Assembly (NCBI GenBank): GCA_050008655.1
Contig: JBEKMF010000001.1
Location: 1,445 to 65,444 of the forward strand
Length of the DNA stretch: 64,000 nt
Source: Smithellaceae bacterium
Lineage (GTDB): Bacteria; Desulfobacterota; Syntrophia; Syntrophales; Smithellaceae
Reading direction: 5' to 3'
Shown piece after piece: positions 9,381-19,530 of this stretch. The translations under genes were made by a program, and so were the position numbers. The notes below the pieces were generated by a model. The model had not been told where the DNA came from. It did no database searches and worked only from the letters and a program-made list of their open reading frames with translations. The stretch's first letter is position 1, and the number at the start of each line of letters is the position of its first letter.

Positions 9381-9758
9381 CATCACAGGTATTCGATACC
9401 CGCTTTGCGGAACAGTCCCGCTGAGCTTCGCTCGCGGGATCAACCCCACCTCTGGTGGGATCAATTCGGCTAACATGTTGTAGTTCACTACATTCCTAAA
9501 ACATGAGTCTCATTGATTCAACTACCGTTCCAAACTTCACTGCGTTCGTTTCACCACAGCGCTACGCGCCTGGTATAATTTGTCCAGCAAACTTCAGCGC
9601 ACTTTGTTTCTGAAGCTTGGGTCTCATTATCAGCGAGCGTCATTGATTCGGCTTACAATATAGTCCCACATGACTTCGCATGTGGGATAATTCGGCTTGC
9701 AAATTTCGCTGCACTGCGCTTGTGAAATTTGAGTCTCATTAAAATTTGAGCCTCATTA
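9381..9758 (+). repeat. family-1 modular intergenic repeat, locus 2 (about 4-5 concatenated units)
   Basis: Alpha hairpins are CCCGCTGAGCTTCGCTCGCGGGATCAAC, CCACCTCTGGTGGGATCAATTCGGCT and CCCACATGACTTCGCATGTGGGATAATTCGGCT. Stems are AACTTCAG...CTGAAGCTTG and CAAATTTC...GAAATTTG. Five GAG(T/C)(C/G)TCATT tails. Confidence 0.85.
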
Positions 9759-9767
9759 TAAATGCAG

Positions 9768-9808
9768 TGAGGCCTCCGATTGTTTCTCTGAAAAATGCGG
9801 AGGCCTCA
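9768..9808 (-). terminator. strong hairpin downstream of hup (possible terminator)
   Basis: Perfect 11-bp inverted repeat TGAGGCCTCCG / CGGAGGCCTCA with a 19-nt loop, 25 nt past the hup stop. There is no clear U-run, so it may be a stabiliser rather than a terminator. Confidence 0.4.
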
Positions 9809-9832
9809 GTTGAATAATGACTTAAAAATTTA

Positions 9833-10105
9833 TTACTTACATTTGTCAGCCAGTTCCTTACCGGCCTTGAATTTTACGACTTTCTTCGCAGGAATCTTAA
9901 TGGCCTTACCGGTTTGAGGGTTCCTGCCATCCCTCGCCTTCCTTTTAGCCACAGAAAACGTACCAAATCCTACCAGGCCAATCTTGCCGCCCTTCTTCAG
10001 TTCTTTCGTGACTGCATCAACGTATGCGTCCAGTGCCAATGCTGCTGCTGCCTTGGTAATATCTGCTTCTTTTGCCATAGCATCGACCAAATCTGCTTTT
10101 GTCAT
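9833..10105 (-). CDS. hup: HU family DNA-binding protein
   Basis: 90 aa. Pattern MTKADLVDAMA...GFGTFSV..R.AR.GRNPQTG..I.IPA...V.FKAGKEL. Confidence 0.9.
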   Translation of the reverse strand: MTKADLVDAMAKEADITKAAAALALDAYVDAVTKELKKGGKIGLVGFGTFSVAKRKARDGRNPQTGKAIKIPAKKVVKFKAGKELADKCK

Positions 10106-10544
10106 TCTTGAAATGCCTCCTTTCCTAAGATTAGATATATGAGATTATAATCAACCGCTTTTGCGGCTACAGCTAAGTTTCCGGCACTAAACCTCTATTG
10201 AATCTGTGTTCCCCCTGATAATAACCGGCGTTAAACCTCAAAGTCAGCTTTAAATTCATCGCGCATCTGTCAAATCTGAAATGTTTAACTTTTTCTCAGC
10301 CTGCATGATTACTCATTCGAGAAGGTGTCTTCCCTGCAAACTTGCGCTACGCCTAACACAAAAAAAATCAACAAGCAAGAAAAAAGTAATTCTTTCTCCG
10401 CAACCTCGTACCTCCGATTTTTACCGCTAACTTTTCATGGCTATATTGATCCTACGCACACAATATCGCCGGAAAAATACTGTAGAGCCCTTTGACAAAG
10501 ACGACCCTTTATGTTAGTAAACCGCCGCACAACATCGGCAGCTT

Positions 10545-11465
10545 ATGCAATATTCAGTAAAACAAATACTAGGGGGATGGTTTAGCCTTTCCCGGCCTCC
10601 CTTTCATACAGTAGGAATACTGCCTTTTATATTAGGAACCGTACTTGCTTATAAATTCACGTCCTCAGTCAGTATTACAGTTTTCTTTCTTGGTGTTTTA
10701 GCGGTAATCCTGATCATGCTTTCCACTTACCATGCCGGAGAGTACTTCGATTACCAAGAAGACGAAATATCGCATCGTTTTTATAAGAGTAATTTTGCCG
10801 GCGGATCCGGAGTTATTCAAAAAGGAGTATTGCCCCGTTCGGTTCCATTTTGGACCAGCATTATTTCTTTTCTCCTTGCCGGATTCATCGGGCTGACTTT
10901 GCAGTTCTACTTCCAAACAGGCACATATACGCTCGCCCTCGGTTGCCTCGGGGCTTTCCCGGGTTTTTTTTATTCCGCTAAACCGATACGCTTTGTCCAG
11001 CGCGGTTTCGGTGAATTATTTATCGGTTTCTGTTATGGCTGGCTGCCCATCGCCTCCGCCTATTATATTCAAACCGCTACCATTGATCCGATCATTCACT
11101 GGCTGGGCATACCTATAGGATTTACCGTCTTCAATGTAATTTTACTCAACGAATTCCCCGATTATATAGCCGATAATTCCGCGGGAAAAAGAAATTTGCT
11201 CAACCGTCTGGGCAAAAAAGCCAGCATGATCATTTATGTAACTTTATCCTTATTAGCATCACTGGCCGTACTTGCCTCACCACTTCGGGGCATTCCTTTC
11301 CGAGTTTTATATTTTTATTTGCCCATACTGATCATTTCCTTATTTATCGTTCTGATGATGCTACGCGGCAAATATGAAGACAGAAAAACGCTGGAAATTT
11401 TATGCGCATTGAATATCGTCGTCAATCTGGGAACATCTCTGACGTACATTGTGACGTACATATAA
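10545..11465 (+). CDS. UbiA-family (MenA-like) aromatic prenyltransferase
   Basis: 306 aa with about 8-9 TM segments. It has two Asp-rich motif regions (GEYFDYQEDE and NEFPDYIADNSAGKRNL). Confidence 0.8.
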   Translation: MQYSVKQILGGWFSLSRPPFHTVGILPFILGTVLAYKFTSSVSITVFFLGVLAVILIMLSTYHAGEYFDYQEDEISHRFYKSNFAGGSGVIQKGVLPRSVPFWTSIISFLLAGFIGLTLQFYFQTGTYTLALGCLGAFPGFFYSAKPIRFVQRGFGELFIGFCYGWLPIASAYYIQTATIDPIIHWLGIPIGFTVFNVILLNEFPDYIADNSAGKRNLLNRLGKKASMIIYVTLSLLASLAVLASPLRGIPFRVLYFYLPILIISLFIVLMMLRGKYEDRKTLEILCALNIVVNLGTSLTYIVTYI

Positions 11466-11474
11466 AACTTCATC

Positions 11475-12734
11475 ATGCAGAAAAAAAAGAAAACAAAATC
11501 ATTTTATAACTCTCCTTCCCTTTTATTCAGACAAATGGGCAGTGTTTTACTCATGGGATATTTAAACCGCTGGCGGCACTTCCCCGGATGGCTTGTCCAT
11601 CACGGATTTAAGTCTATACTGGTTGCCAACGGTTCTTTAGGCATGGGCTGCATCGGCTATCCCGGTCATCCGGTCTGGGAAGTAACCGGCGCTTGTAATT
11701 TAAAATGCATTCACTGTCATGCGGTAAGCGGTAAAGCCGCCCCCGACGAGCTGACTACAAATGAAGGGAAGAAACTTATCGACATGCTGGCGGATAGAAG
11801 CGAATTCCGCACCTTGATCTTTACCGGCGGCGAACCACTGGTTAGACCGGATATTTTCACTCTGCTTAGACATTCGCAACAGGCCGGGCTGGCCAATATC
11901 ATTGCCACCAACGGAACATTGATCGACGAAGAGATGGCCTTCAAGCTGAAGGACCACGGTGTTGTCTGCAATGCCATCAGCATTGACGCCGCCAATGCCG
12001 AAATTCATGATTTGGTAAGAAACCAGCCCGGTGCTTTCGATCAGACACTCAGGGCAATTGAAGCCACAAAGAAAGCGGGAATACTTTTGCAAATCAACAC
12101 AACGGCCATGGAATACAATATGGCTCATTTACCCGATCTCATTGATTTTGCCGACGGATGCGGCGCAGGTATTATGCTGATGTATCAGCTTGTCGCCGTC
12201 GGCCGGGGAGAGAAAATAGAAAAAGCCACTTTAAAGAAAAGCGCCAATAAATATTTAAGCGAACTTATTGCCGCTAAACAAAAAATCGCCAAAACCATTA
12301 TCGAACCGGTTGCCGGACCGCAATATTGGCCCTATATTCTGGAAAAAAACGGTATCCGGGGCGGTTCGCTGTTAAAACTAGCAGGCAATTTTTTCCACGG
12401 CTGCGCTGCTGGCAGGAGTTTTGTTTACATCAAGGCCAACGGCGATGTCTGGCCCTGTCCCTTCGTCGAGATCAATGCGGGAAATATCAGGAATGCAAGT
12501 TTCCGGCAAATATATACCGAAGCGCCGGTATTCCAAAATTTGCGGTGGCGTGAAGAAAAACTCAAAGGCATCTGCGGCGAATGCAATTACAGAACTGTTT
12601 GCGGCGGCTGCCGCGGACGCGCCCTAGCTTATAGCGGAGACTACCTGGCGGAAGATCCCCGCTGTTTTATTCGTGAGACTACAATTTCAAAAAAGAAGTG
12701 CATTGAAATTGTTAAGTCGAACAATCCCGCCTGA
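11475..12734 (+). CDS. radical SAM / SPASM-domain protein, NirJ/AhbC/AhbD-like
   Basis: CNLKCIHCH radical SAM cluster motif, GGEPL, and a C-terminal Cys-rich SPASM-like region (CPF...CGECNYRTVCGGCRGRALAYSGDYLAEDPRC). Confidence 0.8.
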   Translation: MQKKKKTKSFYNSPSLLFRQMGSVLLMGYLNRWRHFPGWLVHHGFKSILVANGSLGMGCIGYPGHPVWEVTGACNLKCIHCHAVSGKAAPDELTTNEGKKLIDMLADRSEFRTLIFTGGEPLVRPDIFTLLRHSQQAGLANIIATNGTLIDEEMAFKLKDHGVVCNAISIDAANAEIHDLVRNQPGAFDQTLRAIEATKKAGILLQINTTAMEYNMAHLPDLIDFADGCGAGIMLMYQLVAVGRGEKIEKATLKKSANKYLSELIAAKQKIAKTIIEPVAGPQYWPYILEKNGIRGGSLLKLAGNFFHGCAAGRSFVYIKANGDVWPCPFVEINAGNIRNASFRQIYTEAPVFQNLRWREEKLKGICGECNYRTVCGGCRGRALAYSGDYLAEDPRCFIRETTISKKKCIEIVKSNNPA

Positions 12735-12890
12735 GGCGAACTGAAGGCGGATGGTATCGCAGACACCCGTGGTAAGAGAAAAAATAAAGAACCAATAGAG
12801 TTGTCTTTCCCTGAAATAATAACTACCGATTTTTTTAGACAGATCACAAAAAAAGCGTGTAATACCATTTCGCTTTCAAAAGATTCCAGC

Positions 12891-14918
12891 CTATCCAATC
12901 CTGACCCACCGGGAGGCGGCAAGGGATGTCAAATTCGATATCGTTCCCAGAATGCGGCGTTGTTCCGGAAGCAGGTTCTTAAACTCATATTTTATGCCGA
13001 CTACACCGATCGTCTCCTCCTGGGATTTGATGGGCAGAAAACTATAGGGGATACTCGGCAGAGTCTCAGTTCCGGCACCGGAAATTTCTCCGTGAGAAAA
13101 CGACCAATGGGCAACGGCCAGATCATTTTGATTAATTTCCAAATCCGGACTGCTTCTTGACCATAGCTGCAGATCGCCTCCCTTTGCCTTGAACAGGACA
13201 AAACAAGGAACGTTGATAACCTTCTGAACATATTTGACGGTAAGATTGCTTATGTCGTTAAGAATCGTTGTTCGTAAAAAGGCCAGCGTGTTCATCGTTT
13301 CCTGAGAAAAAGTAGCCAGTCCTTCCACCAGCTGTTCGAGAGGGGGAAGAATCAAAAATTCCTTGCTCATCTCTTCGATCAGGACAACCCTCTCCAGCCT
13401 TAGTTGCAGGGCGACATTCTGTTTTTTCACAACCTTTACCAACTGCCCGACAATAATTGCAGTAAAAAGAAAAACCAGTAGGTTGATTATTTCCTTGGGA
13501 TCATTCATCGAAAAGCTGTATTTGGGCGCGGTAAAGAAAAAATCAAAAGTTAAAAGACTAAAGATCGAAGTAAATATTGACGGCCATACACCAAACAACA
13601 AGGCACTAACAATTGTAGCAATTAAATAGATATAAACTAACGAAGACGGATCAACAAAGTTCTGAAGAACAGCGTTAACCATAGTGATAATTGCAATCAT
13701 ACCCAGTGTCATTAAGTAATCGGATAACTTAAACGCTACTTGCCGATGAGGAGGACTGGGTTCTTTTTCTTTTTTTCCCACTGTCGGAGTAATGAGATGA
13801 AGTTCAAAATCACTCGAGGCATAAAGGAGACGGGAAGCAGGTGATCTTTTAAAAAATTCAATAATAGGCGAACGCAGCGGCTTACCGATCACGATCTGTG
13901 TAATATTGTTCTCCCGGGCAAAACGAATAATTTCATCGGCAATATCGTCGCCGGTAAGCGTCATGATTTTTGCTCCCAGCTCTTCCGCGAGATTCAGCGC
14001 TTCCGTTAAATAAACTTTTGCCTTACCCGAGGGCTCCGTTAAGCCACTGGATAAAACATAGACTGCATACCATTCGGCGTGCGCATCCTTAGCGATCGAA
14101 TAGGCTTTGCGTATTAATTGTTTGGCATAGGGGCTGGCAGCAATGCAGACAACAACTTTTTCCGCGGTAGGCCAGGGGCCGGGAATTGCTTTTGCCCTCA
14201 TATAATTGATCAGCTCGCTATCCATCTTGCGAGCTACAAGGGTTAACATTAGTTCGCGCAGGGCAAATAAATTGCCCCGCTGGAAAAAGTTATCTATAGC
14301 ATGGAGAGCCTGCTCGGGAATATAAACCTTGCCCTCCTTTAACCTCTGCGTCAGCTCTTCCCACGGAATGTCGATTACCTGGACCTCGTTGGCCAGGTCA
14401 AAAAACGTGTCCGGCAATGTTTCCAGCATACGGACAGAGGTGATTTTAGCAACGGCGTCGTTCATGCTTTCAAAGTGCTGGATATTGACCGTGGTGTGAA
14501 CATCAATTCCTTGTTCCAGTAATTCCTCAATATCCTGATAACGCTTCGGATGGCGGCTACCCTCGACATTAGTGTGGGCAAGTTCATCCACCAGAACAAC
14601 GGCGGGATGCCTCGTAAGAACGGCATCCAGATCCATTTCTCCGATGGAAATACCCTTATAATTAATCATCTTCCGGGGTATTACTTCCAGGCCGGCAAGA
14701 AGCAATTCCGTATCGGCGCGCTTGTGTGTTTCGACAATACCCACGACGACATCTATCCCGCGTTTCTTCAACACATGGGCATCATTGAGCATCGCATAGG
14801 TTTTACCGACACCAGGAGCGTAGCCGAGAAATATTTTTAATCTTCCCTTCCGAACATCTTCTTTTTCGACTTCTTTCAAAAGGGCATCGGGATCAGGTCT
14901 TAATTTTTTCTCTTCCAT
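12891..14918 (-). CDS. kdpD: KdpD-like sensor lacking the histidine kinase (DHp/CA) domains
   Basis: KdpD N-terminal domain with Walker A (GYAPGVGKTYAM), a USP-like domain, four TM segments and a GAF-like C-terminal region. The protein ends at 675 aa with no H-box or N/G1/G2 boxes. Confidence 0.85.
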   Translation of the reverse strand: MEEKKLRPDPDALLKEVEKEDVRKGRLKIFLGYAPGVGKTYAMLNDAHVLKKRGIDVVVGIVETHKRADTELLLAGLEVIPRKMINYKGISIGEMDLDAVLTRHPAVVLVDELAHTNVEGSRHPKRYQDIEELLEQGIDVHTTVNIQHFESMNDAVAKITSVRMLETLPDTFFDLANEVQVIDIPWEELTQRLKEGKVYIPEQALHAIDNFFQRGNLFALRELMLTLVARKMDSELINYMRAKAIPGPWPTAEKVVVCIAASPYAKQLIRKAYSIAKDAHAEWYAVYVLSSGLTEPSGKAKVYLTEALNLAEELGAKIMTLTGDDIADEIIRFARENNITQIVIGKPLRSPIIEFFKRSPASRLLYASSDFELHLITPTVGKKEKEPSPPHRQVAFKLSDYLMTLGMIAIITMVNAVLQNFVDPSSLVYIYLIATIVSALLFGVWPSIFTSIFSLLTFDFFFTAPKYSFSMNDPKEIINLLVFLFTAIIVGQLVKVVKKQNVALQLRLERVVLIEEMSKEFLILPPLEQLVEGLATFSQETMNTLAFLRTTILNDISNLTVKYVQKVINVPCFVLFKAKGGDLQLWSRSSPDLEINQNDLAVAHWSFSHGEISGAGTETLPSIPYSFLPIKSQEETIGVVGIKYEFKNLLPEQRRILGTISNLTSLAASRWVRIG

Positions 14919-14946
14919 GCCGGCCGCCTTTTACCGATTAAACGGA

Positions 14947-15525
14947 TTACTGCTTAGTTTTAAAGTTATCAAGCGCAATGTTTAGATTCAGCACATGCAC
15001 CCTCTCTTTTCCCCAAATTCCCCAAAAAGGTTTTTCCGTGTTTTGCTGAACGATTTTCTCAATTACGGATTGGGAAATGTTCCTTTCCCTGGCAATACGC
15101 GGCACCTGAAGCAGGGCAGCTTCCGTGCTGATATGCGGATCAAGCCCGGAGGCCGATGCTAAAACCAGATCGGCGGGAATCGATGCATTCTCAGGCAATC
15201 TATTTTCTCGGCGAACCTGCTCAATGCGCGTCCGGACTTGCTCTAACAGCTTGGCGCTGGAAGGCGCCAGATTACTACCGCCGGTATTGCTCGCATCATA
15301 GGGAGGGTCTGTGGCCGACGGGCGGCCGTGAAAGTACTCGGGGCGAGTGAATAATTGTCCGATAAGCTGCGATCCGATGATGACATCGCCGTTTTTAATT
15401 ATGTTGGCATTGGATTGCCGGGGGAATATGGCTTGTGATGCCACCGTAATCACGAGCGGATAAACCAAGCCGCAAATAAGAGATAATCCTGCAAATACCA
15501 AAACAGCACGTTTTAGCTGCTTCAT
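14947..15525 (-). CDS. kdpC: K+-transporting ATPase subunit C
   Basis: 192 aa with an N-terminal TM segment and motifs FHGRPSA and SGLDPHIS. Confidence 0.9.
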   Translation of the reverse strand: MKQLKRAVLVFAGLSLICGLVYPLVITVASQAIFPRQSNANIIKNGDVIIGSQLIGQLFTRPEYFHGRPSATDPPYDASNTGGSNLAPSSAKLLEQVRTRIEQVRRENRLPENASIPADLVLASASGLDPHISTEAALLQVPRIARERNISQSVIEKIVQQNTEKPFWGIWGKERVHVLNLNIALDNFKTKQ

Positions 15526-15536
15526 TGGCGCCTCCT

Positions 15537-17573
15537 TTACACTAGCCTCAATACCGATAATAACATATCGATAAGTTTTATGCCGATAAAAGGCAAGATC
15601 AATCCCCCTATTCCGTAAATCAATAGATTTCGGCGCAGTAAAGCCGATGCGCTGGAAGGATTGTAATGAACACCGCGCAGTGCCAGAGGAATCAAGAGCG
15701 GAATGATGATAGCGTTAAAAATCACCGCCGACAGAACCGCGCTCTGAGGACTGGCCAGATGCATGATATCGAGTATCCGTAACTGAGGATACCCCAGAAT
15801 AAAGATCGCCGGAATGATGGCAAAATATTTAGCGACATCATTAGCAACACTGAAAGTCGTCAACGCCCCGCGGGTAATGAGAATCTGTTTGCCGATTTCA
15901 ACAAGGTCGAGAAGCTTGGTCGGGTTGGAATCGAGATCAACGATGTTGGCCGCTTCTCGGGCTGCCTGCGTGCCGGCATTCATCGCCACGGCCACATCGG
16001 CCTGAGCCAAGGCCGGCGCATCGTTGGTTCCGTCACCGATCATCGCCACCAGATGTCCCATCCCTTGATATCTACGAATGAGTTCCAATTTTGTTACCGG
16101 TCTGGCCTGGGCAACAAAATCATCCACTCCGGCCTCAGCGGCAATGGTAGCCGCCGTTAAGGGATTGTCTCCGGTAATCATAATCGACTTAATCCCCATC
16201 TGCCGCAGTTTGGCAATACGGCCGCTGATGCCTTCTTTGAGAACGTCCTTGAGCCGGATTACGCCGAGGATTTCCCCGTCCTCGGCAACCAAAAGAGGCG
16301 TCGAACCTTCAGTGGAAATATTGGTTACTATTTTTTCAACATCCTCTGCTATGGGCACCCCTTTGACCGCTACAAAATCTTTGATAGCATCCAGAGCTCC
16401 TTTTCTTATCCGGTGGCCGCTCCAGTCAATACCGCTCATCCGCGTCTCCGCACTAAAAGGGGAAAAAACAGCTCCCTCCGGGGCGCGAATATCACTGCCG
16501 CGTATTCCCAGTTTTTCTTTAGCCAAAACAACAATGCTTCTGCCTTCGGGTGTATCGTCGGCAAGCGATGATAAAAGCGCTGCATTGATCAGGTCGGTTT
16601 CTTTTTTCTTATCCAGAGGAACAAATTCTGTCGCCATCCTATTGCCCAGCGTTATCGTGCCGGTTTTATCCATGAGCACAATATCAACATCTCCGGAAGC
16701 TTCCACGGCACGGCCGCTCATCGCTATAAAATTATACTGGAGCAACCTATCCATGCCCGCAATTCCTATGGCCGGCAATAATCCTCCGATAGTGGTGGGC
16801 ATCAGACACACCAGCAGAGCAATCAGCGTCGCCACGGCAACACTAACGCCCATGTAAGCGGCAAAATATTTTAAGGTCACGACAACAACAATGAAGAGGA
16901 CCGTGAGCGCAATTAAAAGCATATTCAGCGCCCGCTCATTGGGAGTCTTCTGTCTTTTGGCGCCCTCGACCATATGAATCATTTGATCGAGGAAGCTTTC
17001 GCCGGGATTGGCGGTAATGCGAACTTTTATTTTCCCCGAAAGCACTCGCGTTCCTCCGGTCACGCCGCTGCGGTCGCCGCCGCATTCTCTGATGACGGGT
17101 GCGGATTCTCCGGTTATGGCCGATTCATCAATAAGCGCGGTCCCCACGGCGACCTCACCGTCTCCGGGAATAGTGTCGCCGTCTTCCAGAAGGACCATGT
17201 CATCTTTTTTCAACTGCAAAGCGGATATTGTTTCCGTGCTGCCGTCATTCAATAATCGTTTAGCTACAGCTTCCGAACGGTTCTTTTTGAGAGAATCGGC
17301 TTGCGCCCGTCCCTGGCCTTCGGCCAGGGCTTCAGCAAAATTGGCAAATATTACAGTAAACCACAACCAGAGAGTGATCTGCAAATCAAAGGCGATACTG
17401 CTGCCGGTAAATATATCATGCAGAACTATGAACGAAGTTACGATGGTAACCATCTCTACAATGAACATCACCGGACTTTGAATCATTCTCACCGGATTTA
17501 GTTTTATGAGCGAATCTTTCAGCGCCGGTAAAATAAACTTCGTCTGCCAGATATTAATTTTTTTCGATTTCAT
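15537..17573 (-). CDS. kdpB: K+-transporting P-type ATPase subunit B
   Basis: DKTGTIT phosphorylation motif, TGDN and [10 protein letters not shown]; 678 aa. Confidence 0.95.
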   Translation of the reverse strand: MKSKKINIWQTKFILPALKDSLIKLNPVRMIQSPVMFIVEMVTIVTSFIVLHDIFTGSSIAFDLQITLWLWFTVIFANFAEALAEGQGRAQADSLKKNRSEAVAKRLLNDGSTETISALQLKKDDMVLLEDGDTIPGDGEVAVGTALIDESAITGESAPVIRECGGDRSGVTGGTRVLSGKIKVRITANPGESFLDQMIHMVEGAKRQKTPNERALNMLLIALTVLFIVVVVTLKYFAAYMGVSVAVATLIALLVCLMPTTIGGLLPAIGIAGMDRLLQYNFIAMSGRAVEASGDVDIVLMDKTGTITLGNRMATEFVPLDKKKETDLINAALLSSLADDTPEGRSIVVLAKEKLGIRGSDIRAPEGAVFSPFSAETRMSGIDWSGHRIRKGALDAIKDFVAVKGVPIAEDVEKIVTNISTEGSTPLLVAEDGEILGVIRLKDVLKEGISGRIAKLRQMGIKSIMITGDNPLTAATIAAEAGVDDFVAQARPVTKLELIRRYQGMGHLVAMIGDGTNDAPALAQADVAVAMNAGTQAAREAANIVDLDSNPTKLLDLVEIGKQILITRGALTTFSVANDVAKYFAIIPAIFILGYPQLRILDIMHLASPQSAVLSAVIFNAIIIPLLIPLALRGVHYNPSSASALLRRNLLIYGIGGLILPFIGIKLIDMLLSVLRLV

Positions 17574-17584
17574 TTTCCTTTACC

Positions 17585-19291
17585 TCAAAACGTTTTGCCG
17601 ATCGCCAGGAGCAGATGTTCCAGAAACGGCCCCAAAGTGAACACCGGGAAATATGTCAGCGCGCCGACAACAATGATTACACTGACCAGCATGACAATAA
17701 AAAGAATACTTGTCGTGGGAAAAGTCGCTACACTTGTCGGAACAATTTTCTTGCCCGCCAGAGCGCCGGCAATCGCCAAAGCCGGAATGATTGTGGAAAA
17801 CCTGCCGACCAGCATGGCCAAAGAAGTAGTAAGATTGTAGAAAATTGTGTTGGCATTTAGTCCGGCAAAGGCAGAGCCGTTATTGCCGGTGGTAGAGGCA
17901 TAAGCATAAATAATTTCGGATAACCCATGCGGCCCGGCATTCCCGAGGCTCGCAAGGCCTAGCGCCGTAGAAATGGCGAGGCTCGATAAGATGAGCAGTA
18001 AAATAGCCGGCGAAAGAATAATCACTACCGCCATAACCATTTCAAAGAGTTCCAGCTTTTTGCCGATTAGCTCCGGAGTCCGGCCGATCATCAATCCGGC
18101 GAGAAACATAGTGATAATGGCATAACCGAGCATGCCGATGAGACCGGTGCCCACGCCGCCGAAGATGACTTCACCAATGGCCATGTTAAACATGAGAACC
18201 AGCCCGCCGAGCGGCATCATACTATCGTGCATGCTGTTGACGGCTCCGCAGGAGGTAACAGTTGTGGACTGAGCAAATAAAACAGAATTGACCACTCCGA
18301 ATCTTACTTCCTTACCTTCCATGTTTATCCCGCTGGCAACTCCTGCTTTTTCCAGTAAGGGATTCCCCCGCGTTTCCGCCCAGGCAAAAAGGCTAAGGCC
18401 CGCAAGATAGAGAATCATCATCGCGGCAAATATTGCCAATCCCTGACGCCGTTTTTTCAACATCGCTCCCAGAGTAAAAGGCAAAGCCGCCGCAATTAAA
18501 AGAAGCCCCAGCACTTCCAAAAAATCAGTCAGCGGTGTCGGGCTCTCGAAGGGATGGGCGGAATTGGCGTTAAAGAATCCGCCTCCATTGGTGCCGATCT
18601 GCTTGATTGCTACCTGGGAAGCCACAGGACCGACAGCAATAACCTGTTTACTTCCTTCCAATGTCTGCGCCTGGACAGAGGGACTCAAAGTTTGAACTGC
18701 TCCCTGCGAAACCAGAAGAATTGACCATATAATCACCAGCGGCAGCAACACATATAAAACACAGCGGGTGAGATCAACCCAGAAGTTGCCGATCGCTGCT
18801 GCTGATTTACGGATGAACCCTCTGATTAAGGCAATGACGGCAACAATGCCAATGGCCGCGGAAGAAAAGTTTTGGAAAGTAAGGCCTAACATCTGGGTCA
18901 AGTAACTCATGGTTTGTTCTCCGCTGTAGGCCTGCCAGTTGGTGTTGGTACCGAAAGAGATAGCGGTATTGAGAGCAGTATCCCAGCGCACAGCGCCGAA
19001 TTTCTGCGGATTGAATGGAAGTATTCCCTGAATAAGCTGCAGAAAGAATAATGCCGCTATGCCGATTACATTAAATACAACCAGAGAGAGGGCATAAGTT
19101 TTCCAGGACATTTCTTCTCCCACATCAACTCTGAACAGCCGATAAAGAAGTCTTTCCACAGGAGCAACAATAGGCGCGAGAAATGAACGCTCGCCGCTGA
19201 ACACCCGAGCCATGTATTCTCCCAAAGGAAAAGCCAATAGCGTTAAGATTAACGGAAATAACGTAATGCATAACCAGTCATTCGTTGTCAT
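17585..19291 (-). CDS. kdpA: K+-transporting ATPase subunit A
   Basis: 568 aa polytopic protein with KdpA selectivity-filter-like motifs (NTNWQAYSGE, GTNGGGFF, TSCGAVNSMHDS, NNGSAFAG). Confidence 0.95.
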   Translation of the reverse strand: MTTNDWLCITLFPLILTLLAFPLGEYMARVFSGERSFLAPIVAPVERLLYRLFRVDVGEEMSWKTYALSLVVFNVIGIAALFFLQLIQGILPFNPQKFGAVRWDTALNTAISFGTNTNWQAYSGEQTMSYLTQMLGLTFQNFSSAAIGIVAVIALIRGFIRKSAAAIGNFWVDLTRCVLYVLLPLVIIWSILLVSQGAVQTLSPSVQAQTLEGSKQVIAVGPVASQVAIKQIGTNGGGFFNANSAHPFESPTPLTDFLEVLGLLLIAAALPFTLGAMLKKRRQGLAIFAAMMILYLAGLSLFAWAETRGNPLLEKAGVASGINMEGKEVRFGVVNSVLFAQSTTVTSCGAVNSMHDSMMPLGGLVLMFNMAIGEVIFGGVGTGLIGMLGYAIITMFLAGLMIGRTPELIGKKLELFEMVMAVVIILSPAILLLILSSLAISTALGLASLGNAGPHGLSEIIYAYASTTGNNGSAFAGLNANTIFYNLTTSLAMLVGRFSTIIPALAIAGALAGKKIVPTSVATFPTTSILFIVMLVSVIIVVGALTYFPVFTLGPFLEHLLLAIGKTF

Positions 19292-19530
19292 TTCAACCTC
19301 CTTTTGTTTTCCCCATTCTCCAACGTATCAAAAAATAACGAAACAACACGGCCAATCAAGCCCTGGAGTGCCATGGATAAAAATTAAAACAATCATGAAG
19401 CGTTTGATAAGAAGACAAATCAATAAAAATCATTGGAAAGCTAAAGACAAGCGGGCACAGTGATTCCCCATTTTCAGCAAAAGACAATCGCCGTAGAAGA
19501 ATTGATGAAAAAAGAACAGTCATTTTTTTA

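Noticed and set aside
10106-10544. The 440-nt intergenic region between hup and the UbiA gene, considered as a possible sRNA or riboswitch locus.
   Set aside because: I could find only a weak promoter-like TTGACA-17-TAGTAA (10493-10521) and a small CCGC-tttt-GCGG hairpin. There is no conserved motif of a class I recognise and no repeat-family similarity, so evidence is insufficient to call a feature.
16078-16857. 259-aa plus-strand ORF, and other long plus-strand ORFs (17008-17481, 17595-17860), inside the kdp genes.
   Set aside because: They are antisense to the well-supported kdpB/kdpA genes, Ser/Ala/Pro/Thr-rich and low-complexity, with no start context. They are shadow ORFs.
19288-19374. 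The 28-codon ORF overlapping the kdpA start, considered as kdpF.
   Set aside because: The peptide (MALQGLIGRVVSLFFDTLENGENKRRLK) is half charged/polar and cannot form the single hydrophobic TM helix characteristic of KdpF. It is kept only as a possible coupling ORF in the findings.
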